Shown here: piece after piece, positions 43,107 through 46,817 of the stretch | How positions within the stretch are numbered: the first letter of the stretch is position 1 | How the letters are laid out: each line of letters opens with the position of its first letter | Assembly: GCA_031270785.1 (NCBI GenBank) | Contig: JAISWM010000113.1 | Location: forward strand, 1 to 46,817 | Length of the DNA: 46,817 nt | Origin: Oscillospiraceae bacterium | GTDB lineage: Bacteria; Bacillota; Clostridia; Oscillospirales; Acutalibacteraceae | Direction of reading: 5' to 3' | Translations under genes and position numbers: made by a program | The notes under the pieces: generated by a model | Database searches by the model: none | What the model was told of the DNA's origin: nothing | The model's input: only the letters and a program-made list of their open reading frames with translations

Positions 43107-43228
43107 CGAGTTAGTGTTAATGATATTGAGGGTACACCTGTTCCCATCTCGAACACAGAAGTTAAGCTCAATGATGCTGAAAATACTGGGCTGGCAGCAG
43201 CCTTGGAAAATAGGGAAATGCTAACTCT
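43107..43228 (+). rRNA. rrf: 5S ribosomal RNA (not linked to 16S/23S in this window)
   Basis: Universal loop C/helix III segment CACCTGTTCCCATCTCGAACACAGAAGTTAAGC. Helix I is GAGTTAGT/GCTAACTC, helix II ATTGAG/CTCAAT, helix IV GGGCTG-GCAG-CAGCCT. About 120 nt. Confidence 0.85.
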
Positions 43229-43231
43229 TAT

Positions 43232-43259
43232 AGCAATCATTTTTGTGGTTGCTTTTTTT
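43232..43259 (+). terminator. Rho-independent terminator after 5S
   Basis: Stem AGCAATCA (43232-43239) pairs with TGGTTGCT (43246-43253), followed by TTTTTT. Confidence 0.7.
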
Positions 43260-43272
43260 GTGTGCAAATTCC

Positions 43273-43380
43273 GGTGGTGATCCAAATTAATTGATAATAG
43301 ACCTGTCCGTAAATCTCACAGAGCGCAAACTGTCGAAAAATGTATCACTTAAAAAATGGCTTTGCATCAAAATCTCCTTG
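43273..43380 (+). repeat. B left end (43273-43298) followed by the left part of C (43299-43380)
   Basis: GGTGGTGATCCAAATTAATTGATAAT then AGACCTGTCCGTAAATCTCACAGAGCGCAAACTGTCG...CATCAAAATCTCCTTG. This is the same B/C junction as at 3534/3535. Confidence 0.75.
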
Positions 43381-43473
43381 TGTCTCAAAATAATTTAAAT
43401 TTCTTCTTCCCCCCCGCCTTCGGGGAAAAAAGAAACGTAAATAATACCACGTTTCTAAATGATTTTAGCTATA
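43381..43473. repeat. Chimeric element: B right arm (reverse) joined to a D left arm at a half hairpin
   Basis: TGTCTCAAAATAATTTAAATTTCTTCTTCCCCCCCGCCTTCGG, then GGAAAAAAGAAACGTAAATAATACCACGTTTCTAAATGATTTTAGCTATA. Confidence 0.65.
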
Positions 43474-43639
43474 TCTACAATTTTTGAAAGTTCTATATAT
43501 CTTTTAACAAAACAATCTATTGACACTTAACACATGTGAGTAATAAAATATGCTGTGTGGGAATAAAAAATTTATCTTAAATTTTGAATATAATATCCGA
43601 GATCCACGAAATTTAAAAGTTTTAAAACCATGATGTTTT

Positions 43640-43729
43640 GGTAGTGGTTCAAATTGATGGATAATATCTTCCCCCCCCGCCTATGGCGGGGGGGAAAAGA
43701 AGGGATTTCAACTATTTTGACCCACAACC
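43640..43729 (+). mobile_element. MITE family B copy, full length, with 8-bp TSD
   Basis: GGTAGTGGTTCAAATTGATGGATAATATC...CAACTATTTTGACCCACAACC, flanked by GATGTTTT at 43632-43639 and 43730-43737. Confidence 0.92.
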
Positions 43730-43845
43730 GATGTTTTTGGGTTTGGGGAATACTTGATATACAGCAAATTTTGCAAAAATATCAAAAAAATATAGTTTTT
43801 TATTAAATTTTTTAAGATTTTAAGTCATTAAATATTTATACTCAG

Positions 43846-43954
43846 TATAGTGGTTTAACTTAAAAAGTATAAACTCTTGTAGCACTTTCCCCCGCGAGCC
43901 TGCCGGGGGAAGCGGACGTAAATGAGTGTGCTTTTTTTCAGTGAAACAGCTGTA
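43846..43954 (-). mobile_element. Family I element, uninterrupted 109-bp copy
   Basis: TATAGTGGTTTAACTTAAAAAGTATAAACTCTTGTAGCACTTTCCCCCGCGAGCCTGCCGGGGGAAGCGGACGTAAATGAGTGTGCTTTTTTTCAGTGAAACAGCTGTA. It serves as the empty-site paralog of 27859-28063. Confidence 0.8.
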
Positions 43955-43991
43955 ATTAAGCCGTTTACGAGCTTTTTTCGCCAAGCTCGGG

Positions 43992-44083
43992 GGTAGAGTG
44001 GGCCAAATTAATTGATAATATCTTTCCACCCCGCCTATGGCGGAGGGAAAAGGAAGGAATTTCAACTATTTTATGGCGCGACC
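43992..44083 (+). mobile_element. MITE family B copy
   Basis: GGTAGAGTGGGCCAAATTAATTGATAATATC...CAACTATTTTATGGCGCGACC. Flanks share GCTCGGG at 43985-43991 and 44085-44091. Confidence 0.85.
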
Positions 44084-44179
44084 GGCTCGGGTTATAAAAT
44101 TAAGATTTTAAAAATCTATCTTAAATATAATAATAAATTTACATACCTCCCCAAAATTATAAAGGGGGCTCAAATCTGT

Positions 44180-45721
44180 TTGGAGCTAATAATTTTAGTT
44201 ATCGTTTTAATAATATGCTTGCCACTTGCGTTTATATCGGGAATAGCATACAGAAAAAATAAATCTGAAAAAATTATACTGTCGGCTGAATATGAGGCTG
44301 AAAGAATAATGAAAAATTCTAAAGAGCTTGCGGAAACCAGAAAAAAAGAGATCATAATCGTAGGAAATGAGGAAGTACATAAGTTTAGAACAGAAACCGA
44401 AAAAGAACTTTATGAACGCAGAAAAGATCTTCTGCAACAAGAAAAACGCATTCAGCAAAAGGAAGAAGCCTTAGACAAAAAATCTTTTCAATTTGAAAAA
44501 AAAGAAGAACAAATTCAAAGTAAACTTAAAAATATTGATGAAAAAAAACTGGAAATTGATAACCTCAAAAAAACACAATTTGATATTTTAGAAAAAATTT
44601 CGGGTTTTTCCACAAAACAAGCTAAATTTTATATTATTGAAAGTCTTCAAGACGAGCTTGCTCACGAAAAAGCAGTGAAAGTGCTTCAGTATGAACAAGA
44701 ACTTAAGGAAAGTTGCGAAAAAAAAGCAAAAGAAATTTTGGCCACCGCAATACAAAGATGTGCGTCAGATCATTCCTCCACAGTTATGATATCAGTCGTT
44801 CCTCTGCCAAATGATGAAATGAAAGGAAGAATTATCGGCAGAGAAGGAAGAAATATCAGGTCTATTGAAAATTTAACAGGTGTTGATTTAATAATAGACG
44901 ATACTCCGGAATCAATTACGTTATCGTCGTTTGACCCGGTTAGAAGGGAAATCGCCAGGATTACTCTTGAAAGATTAATCGCCGATGGCAGAATTCACCC
45001 CGCCAACATAGAAGAAACTGTTAAAAAGGTAAAAATAGACATAAACAAAGAAATGAAAGAAGAAGGCGAAAAAGCAGTACTCGAAACCAGAATAAATCAC
45101 ATTCACCCTGAACTTGTTAAACTCATAGGCAGGCTTAAATACAGGACAAGTTATGGTCAAAACATCTTAAATCATTCACTGGAAGTTGCACATTTGTGCG
45201 GAATAATGGCATCCGAATTGGGCTTGAACGCAACGCTTGCCAGGAGGTGCGGTCTTCTTCATGATATTGGCAAAGCTTTGGACCATGAAATAGAAGGCTC
45301 TCACACGGAGATTGGGGTAGACGTAGCTAAAAAGTATAAAGAAAGCGATGCAGTTATACACGCCATTCACGCTCACCACGGCGATATTGAACCTCAAACC
45401 GAAATCGCTCTTATTTTGCAAGCGGCAGATGCAATATCCGCGGCACGACCCGGTGCAAGGCGCGAAAACTTAGAAACATATATTAAAAGACTAGAAAAAC
45501 TTGAAACACTTGCTTCATCATTTGACGGCGTAGAAAAGTGTTTTGCCATCCAAGCCGGAAGAGAAATCAGGGTAATGATTAAACCGGATATCGTAAATGA
45601 CGAAAAAATGATATTTTTGGCAAGAAACATCTGCAAAAAAATTGAGACGGATCTGGATTACCCGGGGCAAGTTAAAGTAAACATTATAAGAGAAACGAGA
45701 ATAGTAGAATACGCCAAGTAA
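44180..45721 (+). CDS. rny: Ribonuclease Y
   Basis: N-terminal TM helix, coiled coil, KH motif [15 protein letters not shown], and HD domain HSLEVAHL...[12 protein letters not shown] at 44180 after AAAGGGGG is the likely start. The tracked ORF start at 44012 lies inside a B element. Confidence 0.92.
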   Translation: MELIILVIVLIICLPLAFISGIAYRKNKSEKIILSAEYEAERIMKNSKELAETRKKEIIIVGNEEVHKFRTETEKELYERRKDLLQQEKRIQQKEEALDKKSFQFEKKEEQIQSKLKNIDEKKLEIDNLKKTQFDILEKISGFSTKQAKFYIIESLQDELAHEKAVKVLQYEQELKESCEKKAKEILATAIQRCASDHSSTVMISVVPLPNDEMKGRIIGREGRNIRSIENLTGVDLIIDDTPESITLSSFDPVRREIARITLERLIADGRIHPANIEETVKKVKIDINKEMKEEGEKAVLETRINHIHPELVKLIGRLKYRTSYGQNILNHSLEVAHLCGIMASELGLNATLARRCGLLHDIGKALDHEIEGSHTEIGVDVAKKYKESDAVIHAIHAHHGDIEPQTEIALILQAADAISAARPGARRENLETYIKRLEKLETLASSFDGVEKCFAIQAGREIRVMIKPDIVNDEKMIFLARNICKKIETDLDYPGQVKVNIIRETRIVEYAK

Positions 45722-45769
45722 AATATGGTTGCGGCCCAAATATTCTTTTTTCCCCCCGCCTTTTTTTGG

Positions 45770-45863
45770 GGTTGTGGGTCAAATTAATTGATAATATCTC
45801 TTCCCCCCCCCGCCGAAGGCGGGGGGAGAAAGAAAGAATTTAAACTTATTTTGAGACATAACC
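45770..45863 (+). mobile_element. MITE family B copy nested in another B, with 8-bp TSD
   Basis: GGTTGTGGGTCAAATTAATTGATAATATC...AAACTTATTTTGAGACATAACC, flanked by TTTTTTGG at 45762-45769 and 45864-45871. Confidence 0.88.
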
Positions 45864-45896
45864 TTTTTTGGGGGGAAAAAAGAAAAAATTTTCAAC

Positions 45897-46013
45897 TATA
45901 GCTGTTTTGTTTGAAAAGCGTCTGATTTCTATAACTTTCTCCCAGCCGACGGCTGGGAGAAAGTACACGAATAAATTTACTTTTGAGAACTGTTTTAAAT
46001 CGTAACAGCTATA
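45897..46013 (+). mobile_element. MITE family A copy nested in B with a TA duplication
   Basis: TTTTCAAC-TA, then TAGCTGTTTTG...AACAGCTA, then TA-TTTTGGGACACGCCCC. The B consensus reads CAACTATTTTG with one TA. Confidence 0.9.
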
Positions 46014-46027
46014 TTTTGGGACACGCC

Positions 46028-46067
46028 CCGATTTTGATTGCAATCTGTAAAGTTTACGGACGGGTCT
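46028..46067 (+). repeat. Family C right-end fragment
   Basis: CGATTTTGATTGCAATCTGTAAAGTTTACGGACGGGTCT. Confidence 0.75.
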
Positions 46068-46088
46068 ATTCTTCCCCCGCCTTTTTGG

Positions 46089-46177
46089 GGTTGTGGGCCA
46101 AATTAATTGATAATATCCCTCCCCCGCCTTCGGCGGGGGGGAGAAAGAAAGAATTTAAACTATTTTGAGACACGACC
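46089..46177 (+). mobile_element. MITE family B copy (second unit of a ~330-bp composite duplication)
   Basis: GGTTGTGGGCCAAATTAATTGATAATATCCCTCCCCCGCCTTCGGCGGGGGGG...AAACTATTTTGAGACACGACC. Confidence 0.85.
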
Positions 46178-46210
46178 TTTTTTTGGGGGAAAAAAGAAAA
46201 AATTTTCAGC

Positions 46211-46327
46211 TATAGCTGTTTTGTTTGAAAAGCGTCTGATTTTTATAACTTTCTCCCAACCGACGGCCGGGAGAAAGTACACGGATAAATTTACTTTTGA
46301 GGACTGTTTTAAATCGTAACAGCTATA
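46211..46327 (+). mobile_element. MITE family A copy
   Basis: TATAGCTGTTTTGTTTGAAAAGCG...CGTAACAGCTATA. Confidence 0.9.
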
Positions 46328-46408
46328 TAAAAGTAGATATTTAAATTCATAGATATGTATGATATAATATTTTAGACATTAATTAATTAATAAAAGGAGG
46401 CGGCGATT

Positions 46409-46546
46409 TTGAAGCATTTTGTGACTATTGCCGAAGGCAATCAGCAAAAAGACATTAAAAAAATAGGTTGCGGAGAATGCCAGGCGTCTTGCCAGTCGGC
46501 ATGTAAAACTTCTTGCACAGTAGCAAACCAAAAATGCGAAAAATAG
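46409..46546 (+). CDS. scfA: SCIFF ranthipeptide precursor (six cysteines in forty-five residues)
   Basis: Not in the ORF track because it is under 60 aa. A TTG start lies ~8 nt after AAGGAGG. The 45 codons read (M)KHFVTIAEGNQQKDIKKIGCGECQASCQSACKTSCTVANQKCEK, matching the conserved GCGECQxSCQSACKTSCTVxNQxCE core. Confidence 0.9.
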   Translation: MKHFVTIAEGNQQKDIKKIGCGECQASCQSACKTSCTVANQKCEK

Positions 46547-46635
46547 GTCATGTCTCAAAATAATTGAAATCCCTTCTTTCACCCCCGTGTTTCAGTGGTG
46601 GGAGAAGATATTATCAATTAATTTGGACCACAACC
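46546..46635 (-). mobile_element. MITE family B copy starting at the last base of the SCIFF stop codon
   Basis: GGTCATGTCTCAAAATAATTGAAATCCC...ATCAATTAATTTGGACCACAACC. Confidence 0.88.
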
Positions 46636-46641
46636 GAAAAA

Positions 46642-46730
46642 GGTTATGTTTCAAAATAATTGAAACTTTTTCTTTTTCACCCCGCCGTCGGCGGGGTGAA
46701 AGATATTATCAGCTAATTTGACCCACAACC
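46642..46730 (-). mobile_element. MITE family B copy (second of three in tandem)
   Basis: GGTTATGTTTCAAAATAATTGAAACTTTTTCTTTTTCACCCCGCCGTCGGCGGGGTGAAAGATATTATCAGCTAATTTGACCCACAACC. Confidence 0.88.
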
Positions 46731-46737
46731 GAAAAAT

Positions 46738-46817
46738 GGTTATGCCTCAAAATAATTGAAATCCCTTCTTTCACCCCCGCGTTCTAGTGGTGGGGGAAGA
46801 TATTATCAACTAATTTG
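46738..46817 (-). mobile_element. MITE family B copy (third in tandem, runs off the window)
   Basis: GGTTATGCCTCAAAATAATTGAAATCCCTTCTTTCACCCCCGCGTTCTAGTGGTGGGGGAAGATATTATCAACTAATTTG. Confidence 0.85.

Larger units (their letters stand above)
45727..46027 (+). mobile_element. Composite: an outer family B copy carrying a B insertion in its hairpin loop and an A insertion at its TA
   Basis: Outer B pieces are 45727-45769, 45864-45898 and 46012-46027. The nested B is 45770-45863 and the nested A is 45897-46013. Confidence 0.75.

Noticed and set aside
46379-46582. A 67-aa minus-strand ORF in the track.
   Set aside because: It is antisense to the SCIFF precursor gene, which has a strong SD and an unmistakable conserved peptide. 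It is a shadow ORF.
1-46817. Prophage, integrative element, defence island (CRISPR-Cas, RM, TA, retron, reverse transcriptase) or biosynthetic cluster beyond SCIFF.
   Set aside because: No integrase, recombinase, transposase, RT, nuclease or methylase motifs were seen in any ORF of 60 aa or longer. The orphan genes are isolated single genes rather than a multi-gene cassette.

Overview
This is a low-GC Clostridia-type chromosomal segment. The taxon markers are a SCIFF peptide, AbrB, YlbF with a Cys tail, RNase Y and the mutS-mutL-miaA gene order. I support about 24 protein genes: ylbF-like, mutS, mutL, miaA, an HlyD-like protein, a signal-peptide-bearing peptide deformylase, pth, a two-gene amino-acid ABC importer, a ~3,700-aa repeat surface protein, abrB, murA, ppk1, rluD, lspA, a SLOG-like protein, a family-4 UDG, rny, a SCIFF precursor missing from the ORF track, and five orphan proteins. 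There is also a tRNA-Pro(CGG) and a stand-alone 5S rRNA gene with its own promoter and terminator. The most unusual feature is not a gene. Almost every intergenic gap is filled with short non-autonomous elements from at least six families, called A, B, C, D, E and I here. All share the layout AT-rich arm, then a G/C palindrome (typically TCTTCCCCCCGCC-N4-GGCGGGGGGAAGA), then an AT-rich arm. Family B (~88-91 bp) has IS1-like termini and clear 8-9 bp target-site duplications. Families A, D, E and I all end in TATAG. Two B copies interrupted by A show a TA duplication. The elements are nested inside each other and form chimeras joined at the shared hairpin. They also form a 6 x 105 bp tandem array, sit in a tRNA leader and a 5-prime UTR, and supply or abut the stop codons of several housekeeping genes. 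Three to four single-gene insertions with visibly higher G+C lie between housekeeping genes and are bracketed by these elements; one of them is a signal-peptide AAA+ ATPase. I did not find CRISPR arrays, reverse transcriptases, integrases or transposase genes. All coordinates and family assignments come from manual reading and need computational confirmation.
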